IMG/VR virus record: IMGVR_UViG_3300005096_000103
Coordinates: 64,001-128,000 of that record
Direction: 5' to 3' (one strand)
From: a virus
DNA: 64,000 bases
The translations under genes and the position numbers were made by a program. How positions within the stretch are numbered: position 1 is the first letter of the stretch; each line of letters begins with the position of its first letter. Below, piece by piece: positions 38,315-47,593 of this stretch. Under the pieces are notes generated by a model, which was not told where the DNA came from, made no database searches, and saw only the letters and a program-made list of their open reading frames with translations.

Positions 38315-38418
38315 AGTGTAAGAGTATTTCTAGACGAGGGTTGGATTGTTGTGTCAGGTAATTAGACCTGGCACTCAAGCAGTCTTGACTCTCTTTTAGC
38401 AACTAGGAGCTTATCGTC

Positions 38419-38916
38419 ATGGAACTCATTATTATGCGTGGGCTATCTGGGTCAGGTAAAAGTACCTTGGCTCACCAACTCGCAGGAGACGACGGCGTTG
38501 TCGTCTCGGCAGACGACTTCTTCACTGACAGTGAGGGAGTCTATAACTTTTCACCTTGGCAACGAGGGGAGGCGCATTCACATTGTATGCGCAAATTTAT
38601 AGAGACCGTTGACGCGGGCGCAACAGCTAGAGTCATCCTGGATAACACAAACTCCCGTCTGTGGGAGTACATCAATTACGCAAACGTGTTTACGCTGGCG
38701 TACACACCTGGCGTAGTGACCATACACGAGATCAAGTGCTCAGACGCAGATCAAGCTGCGGATTTTAATAAGCGCAACACTCACGGAGTCCCACTCGACG
38801 TTTCCCTTCGGATGCTTGAGCGGTGGGAGGAATACAACAGCCCTAAAGACCTGTTCACGTCTCGTAACCCTGGATGGAGCGTCAAGCATATATTACATAA
38901 TGCGGGGGGTCTATGA
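38419..38916 (+). CDS. P-loop kinase (AAA_33 / polynucleotide kinase-like)
   Basis: IIMRGLSGSGKST, VVVSADDFF, VILDNTN, RNTHGVP. Confidence 0.9.
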   Translation: MELIIMRGLSGSGKSTLAHQLAGDDGVVVSADDFFTDSEGVYNFSPWQRGEAHSHCMRKFIETVDAGATARVILDNTNSRLWEYINYANVFTLAYTPGVVTIHEIKCSDADQAADFNKRNTHGVPLDVSLRMLERWEEYNSPKDLFTSRNPGWSVKHILHNAGGL

Positions 38917-39569
38917 GTATTAAGAAGACCGCGGAGGCTAGATCCACGTCAGAGGGATTACTAAACACTCCTTTTGACTCTATGCGGGTATCACGACGTC
39001 CCAGTGAGTGGCGGGCACTAAACTACATAATTGAGAAGTCACTACCCTCAGATCCGCTTAGGTTCCCTGTACTGTTGACCGCGATACTAGGAGACAAGTG
39101 GTCACTAGACTCGTGGGCGTCTCTAGATCAGCTCGACCTCACTGGAGGTGTCGCATCAAACGGGTTTTGGGAACAGGATGGTGACGACTTCACCTACTCA
39201 ACAGGGCGATTCGCTATCCGTGTTCCCTCAGAAGGTGCTGTAACCGTTGCACTATGGAGGTACGTAGGCCTCGTACCTCTTGGAGGGAGTAAACCCTCTA
39301 CAAGCAATTTTAAGAGTATGTGTTACTTCACAATGGGTGTATCCACGGAGGGCGATGTAGCTAGTCTTAAGGGCTGTGTTGAACTCTGGACTCCCGACTT
39401 CTTAAGTCACATAACCTCCTATTTGCTACCTGCCTGGGTTGCGAGCGGTGGGGATCCTAAGCTAATCGTATCTCCTATGCGATGTCAAACAGGTCGTGCA
39501 CTAGATGAGATTGATGAATTCCTCAGCGAATTCGTTGATGATGACCTACTTCCTTGGTACTGGGTCTAG
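38913..39569 (+). CDS. Unknown-function paralog family A, member 1
   Basis: FPVLLTAILGDKWSLDSW and LSHITSYLLPAWVASGGDP motifs. Confidence 0.75.
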   Translation: MSIKKTAEARSTSEGLLNTPFDSMRVSRRPSEWRALNYIIEKSLPSDPLRFPVLLTAILGDKWSLDSWASLDQLDLTGGVASNGFWEQDGDDFTYSTGRFAIRVPSEGAVTVALWRYVGLVPLGGSKPSTSNFKSMCYFTMGVSTEGDVASLKGCVELWTPDFLSHITSYLLPAWVASGGDPKLIVSPMRCQTGRALDEIDEFLSEFVDDDLLPWYWV

Positions 39570-39618
39570 AAACTACACAACGATACTGGGTCTAGAAACT
39601 AAATACAGGAGGTCTAGT

Positions 39619-40446
39619 ATGACAGACATGCCATCACTTAAACACCTCGAATCCTTACAAGACGCCTACTACGAGGCTAGTAAGGTCTGTGAGCTAGTTG
39701 AAAATAATTGGAACGAGGGGCTAGTCCCTCATGCCGACGTCCAACTAGAGATGGACGTCGTAGATGCCGCTCGGCAGCGTCTATACGAAGCTAGGGATGC
39801 ACGTCTCTGCTCTGGTGAGGCGATATCACTCGCGGAGATTCGAGGTATGCCGACTATACTCATCCCTCGTAAGTCCCGCCCAGGTTCATGGTCTCAGATA
39901 GGCAAGACAATTGACGCGTCACTCGATAAACTCGGGTATAAAACAAAAGGAATTGGAAGGTTCCCTGTAACACTGTCCTGGCTCCTATGGGACGAGTGGT
40001 CTCACTACAGCTGGTTAACCTACCAGGACTGGCTGGGAGATGGTACTCCGTTAGCGCTACTAGGAGGTAGCGAATGGTACCTATCTCAAGATGAGGAGGA
40101 ACCTACGTGTAAGTACACAAAAGGGAACTTGACTATCCTGGTCAATGACTCTAAAGGGACCCGCGTATCGCTAACAGCCCAAGTTGACGGAGGGGATCCC
40201 GTGGACTACTTTACAATATACTCAAGCCTAGAAGGTGGTTATCACGTCAGAATAGACACTGATCTAATTACTGACAGGAGACTTCATCACGTTTATGACT
40301 ACATACTTCCTGCGCTGTGTTTGTCTGGTGGGGACCCTACCGACGTACTCACATCCCTCGACCCTGAGAACTTGAAACGTCGTTCAGGTGGGAAATTGCC
40401 GGACATGCCTTTTCTCCGCAAAGGTCTTGAGTTCTTTGAGACTTAG
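39619..40446 (+). CDS. Unknown-function paralog family A, member 2
   Basis: ATG 39619 after AGGAGG; FPVTLSWLLWDEWSHYSW and LHHVYDYILPALCLSGGDP. Confidence 0.75.
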   Translation: MTDMPSLKHLESLQDAYYEASKVCELVENNWNEGLVPHADVQLEMDVVDAARQRLYEARDARLCSGEAISLAEIRGMPTILIPRKSRPGSWSQIGKTIDASLDKLGYKTKGIGRFPVTLSWLLWDEWSHYSWLTYQDWLGDGTPLALLGGSEWYLSQDEEEPTCKYTKGNLTILVNDSKGTRVSLTAQVDGGDPVDYFTIYSSLEGGYHVRIDTDLITDRRLHHVYDYILPALCLSGGDPTDVLTSLDPENLKRRSGGKLPDMPFLRKGLEFFET

Positions 40447-40538
40447 GCCACTCAATGCACTTGACGTCCTACAACCTACAGACTATACTCACGTCTGTAG
40501 GTTGTAGGACGCTTTACTTTAGATTTTACAGGAGACGC

Positions 40539-41147
40539 ATGCAAATCACGAAGGACGCTGTCCTAAAGGTCTGGGACAACTTGTCCGCGAGATACAACAC
40601 GAAAGTCTTCGCTAAGGAAGGTAGTCTGCTGATGTGGTTTATCGGCTTGTTTTTGGATACTATTGGTATCCTTGACAAAGAGGTGTTTCGTAGCCGGTTC
40701 ACTACAACTATTGGTCGGCGTATTTATGTTCCCGCTGTGATTGGGGAGGGTGATACGAATACACTGTGGTTCCAGATTAAGCTTGCTGTGCACGAGCATA
40801 CACACGCAGTACAGCTAATCGATATAGGGAGCGTCCCTTTCACCTTTGGCTACCTGCTCTCAAGTCGTAAGCGTGCCCTCTATGAGTCTGAGGCTTATGT
40901 CACTGGAATCGAACTCGAACTGTGGCGTACGAGTGGTACAGCGTATATCAATACGCAAGAGATCGCTAACCGACTTAAGAACTACGGCTGTACTCCACAA
41001 GACATCGCTGCAGCTAAGAAAGTCTACGACAATAAGGTTAAGGCCTTGAAGGGTGGTGGACCTTGGGAAGATATGGCTGTAGCATTTCCCGTAGGCCTCA
41101 GTCCTATCACTATGCGTGTCATAGATATCTTAAATGAGGGAGACTAA
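40539..41147 (+). CDS. HExxH zinc-metallopeptidase-like protein
   Basis: ATG 40539 after AGGAG; AVHEHTHAVQ and downstream ESEAY. Confidence 0.65.
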   Translation: MQITKDAVLKVWDNLSARYNTKVFAKEGSLLMWFIGLFLDTIGILDKEVFRSRFTTTIGRRIYVPAVIGEGDTNTLWFQIKLAVHEHTHAVQLIDIGSVPFTFGYLLSSRKRALYESEAYVTGIELELWRTSGTAYINTQEIANRLKNYGCTPQDIAAAKKVYDNKVKALKGGGPWEDMAVAFPVGLSPITMRVIDILNEGD

Positions 41148-41434
41148 TGAGTTCACCAAAGTTCACAAAAACTGCGTATCAAGCAACTAACGTTAGTACT
41201 ACAGCTTTAGCTGCTACACCTGGTGGTCGTTCCTACCTCAGTATCCACAACGCAGATACCCAGCTTGTCCGCTACACCATTGAAGGCAGCGCTGCTACGA
41301 TGACTACGGGTACCACACCTCTCTACCCTGGTGAAACTGACATCTGGGATGAGGCCGTCCCTGCTGACACCATCAAAGTCATTGTAGCCGCAGGAACCGC
41401 TGACCTCGTCATCCGGAGCGCTGACAGTGTCTAG
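41147..41434 (+). CDS. Small beta-rich protein (decoration-like, inferred)
   Basis: 95 aa; SYLSIHN, LYPGE pattern. Confidence 0.6.
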   Translation: MSSPKFTKTAYQATNVSTTALAATPGGRSYLSIHNADTQLVRYTIEGSAATMTTGTTPLYPGETDIWDEAVPADTIKVIVAAGTADLVIRSADSV

Positions 41435-42230
41435 GAAGAAGAACGGCTTAATAATCTCACACGACTCTGTAATCCCTACGGTTCCCACACGTCTGCCTTG
41501 GGCCATGCACAACGCAGACGGAAGCGTCTCACAGGTGGGATTCGAGGGCACGACTCAAAAACATCCAAAACCCTACGCCGGAGGCTATAAAATCGACCTC
41601 GGCTTAAACGGCCCGTTTCGCGAAGACCCTGCAGACGGTTACATCCAGACGCTTGGCAACACGTCACAGACGGCAGCTGGTCTAGTGCAGACGCTGAATG
41701 CGGGGCAGACGAATACTACGATTGATTTGCCGGGGATGGGTCCGGTGTTTGCGTTTTCTAAGATTCTGTTGGGTCTTGGCATTGTTAATGCCGCACCTGC
41801 GCCAGGTAACAATAGGGTAGGTCTGCAGCTCAGCAATAACCGTGTTGCCTACACAGTTGACACCGCGGTGTTCCGCTCTGGAGATTGGAAAGCCGGTCAG
41901 TCCATAAACGGAGGTGGGTGGACTGCCGCTGGCTCTGCGGGTGGTGTTGCAATTGCAGACGTGGGTGATATTGACTATATCGTGCTAGACCTCACCTCTG
42001 GATTGTCTAGTGCGTTCGCGCAATCCTACTCAATCTCAATCGGCGAAGAAGGCAACCTCGTGCCGTTTCAAGCCTATGGCAGCACATTTTCAACGCTGTT
42101 TATCCGCAACGACATCCCCGACACATATGATCTTACACTTAGGGCTTTCTTCGCTGGTGGTAGTGACTTCATCGTCACCTACAAATACCTGATGATCTTC
42201 CCGCAACCCACACTGTCAGTGGCGGACTAA
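41427..42230 (+). CDS. Paralog family B, member 1 (beta-sandwich, adhesin-like inferred)
   Basis: GLNGPFREDPADGYIQTLG..QTAAGLVQTLNAG. Confidence 0.75.
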   Translation: MSRKKNGLIISHDSVIPTVPTRLPWAMHNADGSVSQVGFEGTTQKHPKPYAGGYKIDLGLNGPFREDPADGYIQTLGNTSQTAAGLVQTLNAGQTNTTIDLPGMGPVFAFSKILLGLGIVNAAPAPGNNRVGLQLSNNRVAYTVDTAVFRSGDWKAGQSINGGGWTAAGSAGGVAIADVGDIDYIVLDLTSGLSSAFAQSYSISIGEEGNLVPFQAYGSTFSTLFIRNDIPDTYDLTLRAFFAGGSDFIVTYKYLMIFPQPTLSVAD

Positions 42231-42234
42231 ACTG

Positions 42235-43047
42235 ATGAGCATTATCCAAAAGCCATTTGTCCGCTCTCAAGGCGCCGCGATTCCAGACGCCCCCAACGGT
42301 GCGCCGTTTGTCATGCTGGACCGTGCTGGCAAAGTCTACAACGCCGGGATCCAAAAGCTTGTGAACAAGCATCCGGGCATCAATCCAATGGCCTCGGGCC
42401 TCCCGATCCATTTAGGGACAAATGGACCATTTTCGGAAGACCCTGCAGACGGCTACATCAAAACGACCGGGACCAGCGCACAAACGGCTGACGGCCTCGT
42501 CTCGACGCTAAACGCGGGCAACATCCTAACTGAGATTGATTTACCAGGCATCGGACCATTCACGCCAGGGATGATCCACGTTGAGATGGGTATCTCGGGT
42601 GCGTCGCCAGTGGTAGATAACGCTGCAGGGTTCAGGATCGACAACAACCTTATTGCTTTCAACTATAATATCATGTGCATCGCCAACGCGACTGAATGGC
42701 GTGTAGGTGATCGATTCAATGGTATCGGCACAGGGAGCTACACTCTAGGGACTCTTGGCCTTATCGCTTTTAGCAACGAGGCGAATCTTGGTTATATTGA
42801 GCTTGGTTTCGTCAACAACTGGTCCATCACTACAGGGCAAAACTACTCGGCGTCGATGGGGACTACTGGGATTATTAACAAGCTGGACGGGCGAGGTGGA
42901 GGTTTCAGTTCAACGGGATATCCAAACCTCAACCCGCCAACGTTTGACTTGATTCTACGCGCTCAGTGGCTAGGTGGGTCAGACCTCGTCGTAACCTGGA
43001 AGTCTGTGACGATACTACCTAAACTTCAACAGACATCGGTGGGCTAG
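42235..43047 (+). CDS. Paralog family B, member 2
   Basis: GTNGPFSEDPADGYIKTTG..QTADGLVSTLNAG. Confidence 0.75.
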   Translation: MSIIQKPFVRSQGAAIPDAPNGAPFVMLDRAGKVYNAGIQKLVNKHPGINPMASGLPIHLGTNGPFSEDPADGYIKTTGTSAQTADGLVSTLNAGNILTEIDLPGIGPFTPGMIHVEMGISGASPVVDNAAGFRIDNNLIAFNYNIMCIANATEWRVGDRFNGIGTGSYTLGTLGLIAFSNEANLGYIELGFVNNWSITTGQNYSASMGTTGIINKLDGRGGGFSSTGYPNLNPPTFDLILRAQWLGGSDLVVTWKSVTILPKLQQTSVG

Positions 43048-43072
43048 CTCTACAAGCTAACCAAGGACTAAG

Positions 43073-43273
43073 ATGCCTAACAACAAACGGAAAGTCCCAC
43101 GCTTACCAAAGACGATGGACGAGATAGACTACATGGGGTTTGAAATGCTAGATGCCATGGCTCGCGGTGAAGATGGCTACGAAGCATCCCGCATACGTGG
43201 GCAAGACCTAGTCGTGAACTGGAAGTCCATCACGCTGGAGTCGCTGCCTAAGGAGCCAGAAGATGCCACGTAA
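43073..43273 (+). CDS. Small protein carrying a remnant of the family B C-terminus
   Basis: DLVVNWKSIT versus DLVVTWKSVT. Confidence 0.55.
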   Translation: MPNNKRKVPRLPKTMDEIDYMGFEMLDAMARGEDGYEASRIRGQDLVVNWKSITLESLPKEPEDAT

Positions 43274-43559
43274 CCCAAGACTCTCACAAGACGCACAAGG
43301 CAAGTGGAAGCGTCAAAAGATGCCCGAGGCCCCTAAGTGGACCGTCACATATCCAGGACAGTCTAAACCTATGGCCGTTCGCGCTGCTAAGCGGCGGGAT
43401 GCTACGGAAGAGGCTGCACAGCGTATCTTTCGCCGTGAGGGCATTGACGTGTTCCCCCTGGACGTGACGGTACAGCGTACAGACAAGTCTAAGTCTTGGA
43501 CTTTTAACGTTAGGGCTGTTGTTCAGATGGTAGACTTTCGGTTGGTTAAGCAGTTCTAG
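43263..43559 (+). CDS. Basic hypothetical protein
   Basis: 98 aa ORF with GGAG SD. Confidence 0.65.
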   Translation: MPRNPRLSQDAQGKWKRQKMPEAPKWTVTYPGQSKPMAVRAAKRRDATEEAAQRIFRREGIDVFPLDVTVQRTDKSKSWTFNVRAVVQMVDFRLVKQF

Positions 43560-43583
43560 CGCTTAATACACCGTAGTACTGTT

Positions 43584-43624
43584 AGGCATCTTGAGACTTT
43601 GGTCTTGAGGTGTCTTTTTTTTTT
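43584..43624 (+). terminator. Rho-independent terminator
   Basis: 14 bp stem with G-U pairs (AGGCATCTTGAGAC / GTCTTGAGGTGTCT) and T10. Confidence 0.85.
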
Positions 43625-43680
43625 GTATACTACCTAGTAGTCTACACCTAACAAGCTACACCTTATAGGAGCAAAGACTT

Positions 43681-44004
43681 ATGGACACTGATCCAGATCT
43701 CGTAAACGCACTGTCAAGTATGTGTTACCGTAGACAAGGAACCACTAACGTCTGGGCTAAACCTGTGGCTCACCACTTGTTTGTCCTCGACGTAGAGACT
43801 ATGGAGTGGTCAAACTGGTTTATTGGCCGTGAAGAGGAGGAGAAGTGTATTTGGGAGACAAAAGTTCTTAGCTTGCCCGAGGGTGATAGCGACGCAACGT
43901 ACCTATCCTGTTTGAAGGAGATTGAACGGTATACACGACTTTGGATGGGTAGCTCAGGTCCTAAAGGCTTACACCTTAAATCTGAATACGAATTCGACTT
44001 GTGA
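43681..44004 (+). CDS. Hypothetical protein
   Basis: 107 aa ORF with AGGAG SD. Confidence 0.7.
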   Translation: MDTDPDLVNALSSMCYRRQGTTNVWAKPVAHHLFVLDVETMEWSNWFIGREEEEKCIWETKVLSLPEGDSDATYLSCLKEIERYTRLWMGSSGPKGLHLKSEYEFDL

Positions 44005-44027
44005 GGGAGATAAGCCCTACCTTTAAT

Positions 44028-44036
44028 TGGTATAAG
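44028..44036 (+). promoter_or_regulatory. TGGTATAAG extended -10-like motif
   Basis: Intergenic, upstream of the 44148 gene. Confidence 0.65.
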
Positions 44037-44147
44037 ATAGTGTACGTATCATCTACGTATAACTACGCGACACTCTAACGTCTTACTTGCCCAATAAGGG
44101 GTTTAAAAGTTGAGACTATGTCGCAAGTCCCTTAGGAGGGATATACT

Positions 44148-45062
44148 ATGGACAACACTCAAACTGAGACAACTATCGCCGTAAGTAACAACAACGCCAC
44201 TTCGGTGGCACTGAGCCAGCTCCGGGAGGAGGAGAGAGCCGCCCACGCGGCTTACGTGGATACCCCGTCGCCCCCGGCGTTTACGCCGCTGGGGGATCCG
44301 AGGGTCGTAGCATTCGAGGACGCTCGGATCAATTTCGACGCGGCGAGGGACGAGCTCCAGGAGGGGTTGTACACCGCTGTCACTTCCGGCGTCGCCATCT
44401 CACCCTCCGTTCTGGAGGAGTGCCCGTGGCATCTCGTCCGGGGGAGGGGTAGTTGGGGCGCGGTGGGGAGGACTGTGACTGCGTCCGTGGCGGAGGGGGT
44501 CTTCCCTCTAGTCCTGACCGCCCTCCTGGGCGATCACTGGTCGTTAGAGTCCTGGCCGTACGGGTTCGGAGGGGCGTCCTCGCCTCCTGAGGAGTCGTAC
44601 TGGTACAGTGCAACCCGTCATGTCGGCGAGGACATAGAGATGTCCGAGTCCCTCAAGACGAGGGTGTACATAACCACGTCGGGAAGAATGAGAGTCACCG
44701 TCGAGCCCGATGGCTCGGTGACCATCGGCCTCCATACGTCGGTGGGGATGGACGATCTCCTCGACGCCACGTCGAATTCGACGCCACGTAAAGATGTATG
44801 CTACTTCGCCGTGGAGTTCTCCCCATCTGGGGGGATCACCGCCCTCTGGGGAGACAGGGGCCTGTGGACGAGCAGCCGCCTGTCCCACCTGGTCCAGTAC
44901 ATCCTGCCGGCCATGTCCGTCGCAGGGTTTGCGAGCACTCCCCTCGTGGAGGCGCTCGTTGCCTCCACCAATTACTCACTCCCACGTGGGAGTGAGGACT
45001 TCTTCGCTCGGCTTGAGGAGTGGGGGGCTCAGCCCCTCACTCGCCTCGACTACACAAAGTAG
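44148..45062 (+). CDS. Unknown-function paralog family A, member 3 (GC-rich)
   Basis: FPLVLTALLGDHWSLESW and LSHLVQYILPAM; AGGAGG SD. Confidence 0.8.
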   Translation: MDNTQTETTIAVSNNNATSVALSQLREEERAAHAAYVDTPSPPAFTPLGDPRVVAFEDARINFDAARDELQEGLYTAVTSGVAISPSVLEECPWHLVRGRGSWGAVGRTVTASVAEGVFPLVLTALLGDHWSLESWPYGFGGASSPPEESYWYSATRHVGEDIEMSESLKTRVYITTSGRMRVTVEPDGSVTIGLHTSVGMDDLLDATSNSTPRKDVCYFAVEFSPSGGITALWGDRGLWTSSRLSHLVQYILPAMSVAGFASTPLVEALVASTNYSLPRGSEDFFARLEEWGAQPLTRLDYTK

Positions 45063-45088
45063 TCTCCTGCCTTTCTTCTCGCCTTCTC

Positions 45089-45133
45089 GGCGTCTACAGT
45101 TTTCAAAAACTGTGGGCGCCTTCCTCTCTTTTT
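45089..45133 (+). terminator. Rho-independent terminator
   Basis: GGCGTCTACAGTT / AACTGTGGGCGCC stem then TTCCTCTCTTTTT. Confidence 0.7.
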
Positions 45134-45158
45134 AGCTGTGCTAGCCTAGCTAAATACC

Positions 45159-45167
45159 TGGTATAAG
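45159..45167 (+). promoter_or_regulatory. TGGTATAAG extended -10-like motif
   Basis: Directly after a terminator, upstream of the 45391 gene run. Confidence 0.65.
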
Positions 45168-45231
45168 AAGGCAATTGGAACCTATGTATATTATACCTCT
45201 ATAGGGTGCTTAATTGTGGCTTCCGCGAAAC

Positions 45232-45303
45232 CTACCGATGTCGCTACCGATGTCGCTACCGATGTCGCTACCGATGTCGCTACCGATGTCGCTACCGATG
45301 TCG
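45232..45303. repeat. Perfect 12 bp x6 tandem repeat
   Basis: CTACCGATGTCG repeated six times exactly. Confidence 0.98.
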
Positions 45304-45390
45304 TAGGTGCTACGCCAGGTAGACTCTTTACGTAGTAATAGAGGCACCTTATATTAACCTTATATTAACCTTAACTTAGGAGACAAAACA

Positions 45391-45810
45391 ATGGGAAACT
45401 CAGCTAACGCAACACTATGTTACGGGATACGAATTGATGTCGGTGCTATTGAATCGTGTTTCTATGAACCTAGCGACATTGGGCACATTAGTCATGATGG
45501 CGCAGGTCTCCATGGATTTTCCGTAGAAAGACTGTGTGAGTGGATTGACGATAACTTAACCTCTAAATTAAAGACTATCGAGTTTCGTATGGTCTCAGGG
45601 GATCCAGATGGTAATAACAAAGATAATTCCTGGCTGCTCGTAGTGTCAGACACTATCGTTACAGCTGACTGGGAGGGTCTTGAGTCTCTTGACACTACAG
45701 ATTTTGCGTCAGTGCCTCTCCGCGACGTTGTACTTGCTCAAATAACTTTAGCTTTGGACCTTCCTACTGTGGGTGTCGCAGGATGGAAGCTAGGCGCTAC
45801 TACTACTTAA
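45391..45810 (+). CDS. Hypothetical protein
   Basis: 139 aa ORF with AGGAG SD. Confidence 0.7.
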   Translation: MGNSANATLCYGIRIDVGAIESCFYEPSDIGHISHDGAGLHGFSVERLCEWIDDNLTSKLKTIEFRMVSGDPDGNNKDNSWLLVVSDTIVTADWEGLESLDTTDFASVPLRDVVLAQITLALDLPTVGVAGWKLGATTT

Positions 45811-45826
45811 CTAGAGGGGATACACT

Positions 45827-46195
45827 GTGAAACACTTCACTAAAGATCAAATATTAGATATAGTCTCACCTAAAGACCTCGAAGGTCTAAATCGTGAGGA
45901 AATCTACAACCTGTCACTCCAGTGGTTTGCTGCGATGAGTGACTATTGCACTGAACGTGCTGGAGAAGCTATGAAATTTTATAACCGTTTAGACGAAGGT
46001 ATCAAAGGTAAGAAGTTTAGAGACGAAGGGGACTTACTCTTTAAACGCTCTCTTCTAGAGGTTTTGGAATATGATATCATACACATCTGTATGAATAATA
46101 TGCTCACATATGGTAAGTCTATCAAGATTACTGAGACGTTTAGGGAAGAACACGGTGGATTCTTATCCAGGGAGAAATTCAATGCCAATTCTTAA
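45827..46195 (+). CDS. Hypothetical protein
   Basis: 122 aa, GTG start after GAGGGG. Confidence 0.65.
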   Translation: MKHFTKDQILDIVSPKDLEGLNREEIYNLSLQWFAAMSDYCTERAGEAMKFYNRLDEGIKGKKFRDEGDLLFKRSLLEVLEYDIIHICMNNMLTYGKSIKITETFREEHGGFLSREKFNANS

Positions 46196-46487
46196 CACAG
46201 AGTCTGAGGTTAATGCGCCTGCTAAGCGTGGATCAATTCCTGAAGCCACTATCATGGCTATATCATCGCTGTTACTCTCCTTCGTTACAGTCCCATCAAT
46301 ATTCTGTTTGATTGGTTACGGATCTGGCATTGTGTCAGTGATGCTGACTGTACTCGTCTACGTTAAGTACCGTAAAGGTTCAGCGACTCTATCTGATGTC
46401 ATCGTAGCATTGACTGGAGCTATCGTGTCCATATTCGTCATGGTAGCTTATACTATGCTGTTCATCTCTAACATGCCCGCGCCTTAA
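46182..46487 (+). CDS. Small multi-pass membrane protein
   Basis: ATG 46182 after GGGAG; about three hydrophobic helices. Confidence 0.7.
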   Translation: MPILNTESEVNAPAKRGSIPEATIMAISSLLLSFVTVPSIFCLIGYGSGIVSVMLTVLVYVKYRKGSATLSDVIVALTGAIVSIFVMVAYTMLFISNMPAP

Positions 46488-46499
46488 GAAGGTTGTAAT

Positions 46500-46763
46500 A
46501 TGTCTAGTGAGAAGAAGTCACCGTCTGAAAAACTTAACATGCATATGTACTACCGCATCGCAAGTAAAGACCTAACAATGATCTACTCGAACCAGGATCA
46601 CCCTACGCTAGCGCGGAGAGTAGTCAAGTTACTACCGCATCCGTATCCCTGGGTTGTAGATGAAGAGATAGTCTACACGTATATACCTGGTAGTTCGTTA
46701 GACTTGGAACGTATGCGTACTAAGCTTGCTGAAGCAGGGTTTACACTAGAAGAGGAGGTTTAA
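46500..46763 (+). CDS. Hypothetical protein
   Basis: 87 aa ORF. Confidence 0.65.
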   Translation: MSSEKKSPSEKLNMHMYYRIASKDLTMIYSNQDHPTLARRVVKLLPHPYPWVVDEEIVYTYIPGSSLDLERMRTKLAEAGFTLEEEV

Positions 46764-46777
46764 GGAGGTTTAGTTCT

Positions 46778-46948
46778 ATGAGATATTTACGCTGTAGGAT
46801 TCGTGGTGCTGTAAAGAAGGTACGTATAAATGCGACTAACTGGTTTATGGATGTTAGTGATGATCTTAGCTTGTCGGTTAGATTGTTCTTACTGTTACTC
46901 ACGGCTGTGTCCTTCGTTGTATTCCTCTATGCACTCATAATGTACTAA
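46778..46948 (+). CDS. 56 aa protein with C-terminal TM helix (below the ORF-track cutoff)
   Basis: AGGAGG SD; MRYLRCRIRG...LFLLLLTAVSFVVFLYALIMY*. Confidence 0.65.
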   Translation: MRYLRCRIRGAVKKVRINATNWFMDVSDDLSLSVRLFLLLLTAVSFVVFLYALIMY

Positions 46949-46960
46949 CGGAGATCAAAA

Positions 46961-47593
46961 ATGACTAAGACGACTAACAAACAAAACCAGGTATTCCTTG
47001 GCGACCTACCTGATCACCTATTCGACTTCGTAAAAGAGGCAGGTACCGTTGCTGTTGACATCGAGACAACAGGTCTTAATTGGCGTAGCGAGATCATTTG
47101 TACTTGCCAGTTGAGAATACCACAGCATCCAGGTTGGATCGTGAAGATGAGTCGAGACATCAAACCCTTAAACCTCGCTGTCATCATCGAGTCGAAACAC
47201 ATAACAAAAATCTTCCACCATGCTATGTTCGACCTATGCTTCATGGCGCATTGTTGGAGTGTGGTTCCTAATAATATCCAGTGTACGAAAATCATGGCAA
47301 AGATTACCAGGATTATCTCAACTAGTCTTAAAGACCTACTAAAAGGCCTACTTGGCGTCTCCCTGATTAAAGACCCTAACATCCGCTGTGGTGACTGGCG
47401 GGCTGAGGTTCTTAGTCCTGAGCAGATTAAGTACGCTTTACACGACGTAAAGTATCTCATAGAATTACGGGATGTCCTACGTAGACCTCTTATAGAAAGC
47501 TCAAAGCTTGAATTAGCTGAGAGCTGTTTCAACTTTATCCCCTCAAGGGTTGTATTAGAGATACAGGGCTATGGCGACGTCTTCAAGTACTGA
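46961..47593 (+). CDS. rnd: RNase D-like DEDDy 3'-5' exonuclease
   Basis: VAVDIETTGL, KIFHHAMFD, DWRAEVLSPEQIKYALHDV. Confidence 0.9.
   Translation: MTKTTNKQNQVFLGDLPDHLFDFVKEAGTVAVDIETTGLNWRSEIICTCQLRIPQHPGWIVKMSRDIKPLNLAVIIESKHITKIFHHAMFDLCFMAHCWSVVPNNIQCTKIMAKITRIISTSLKDLLKGLLGVSLIKDPNIRCGDWRAEVLSPEQIKYALHDVKYLIELRDVLRRPLIESSKLELAESCFNFIPSRVVLEIQGYGDVFKY

Noticed and set aside
45232-45303. 12 bp repeat array as CRISPR
   Set aside because: Head-to-tail units with no spacers
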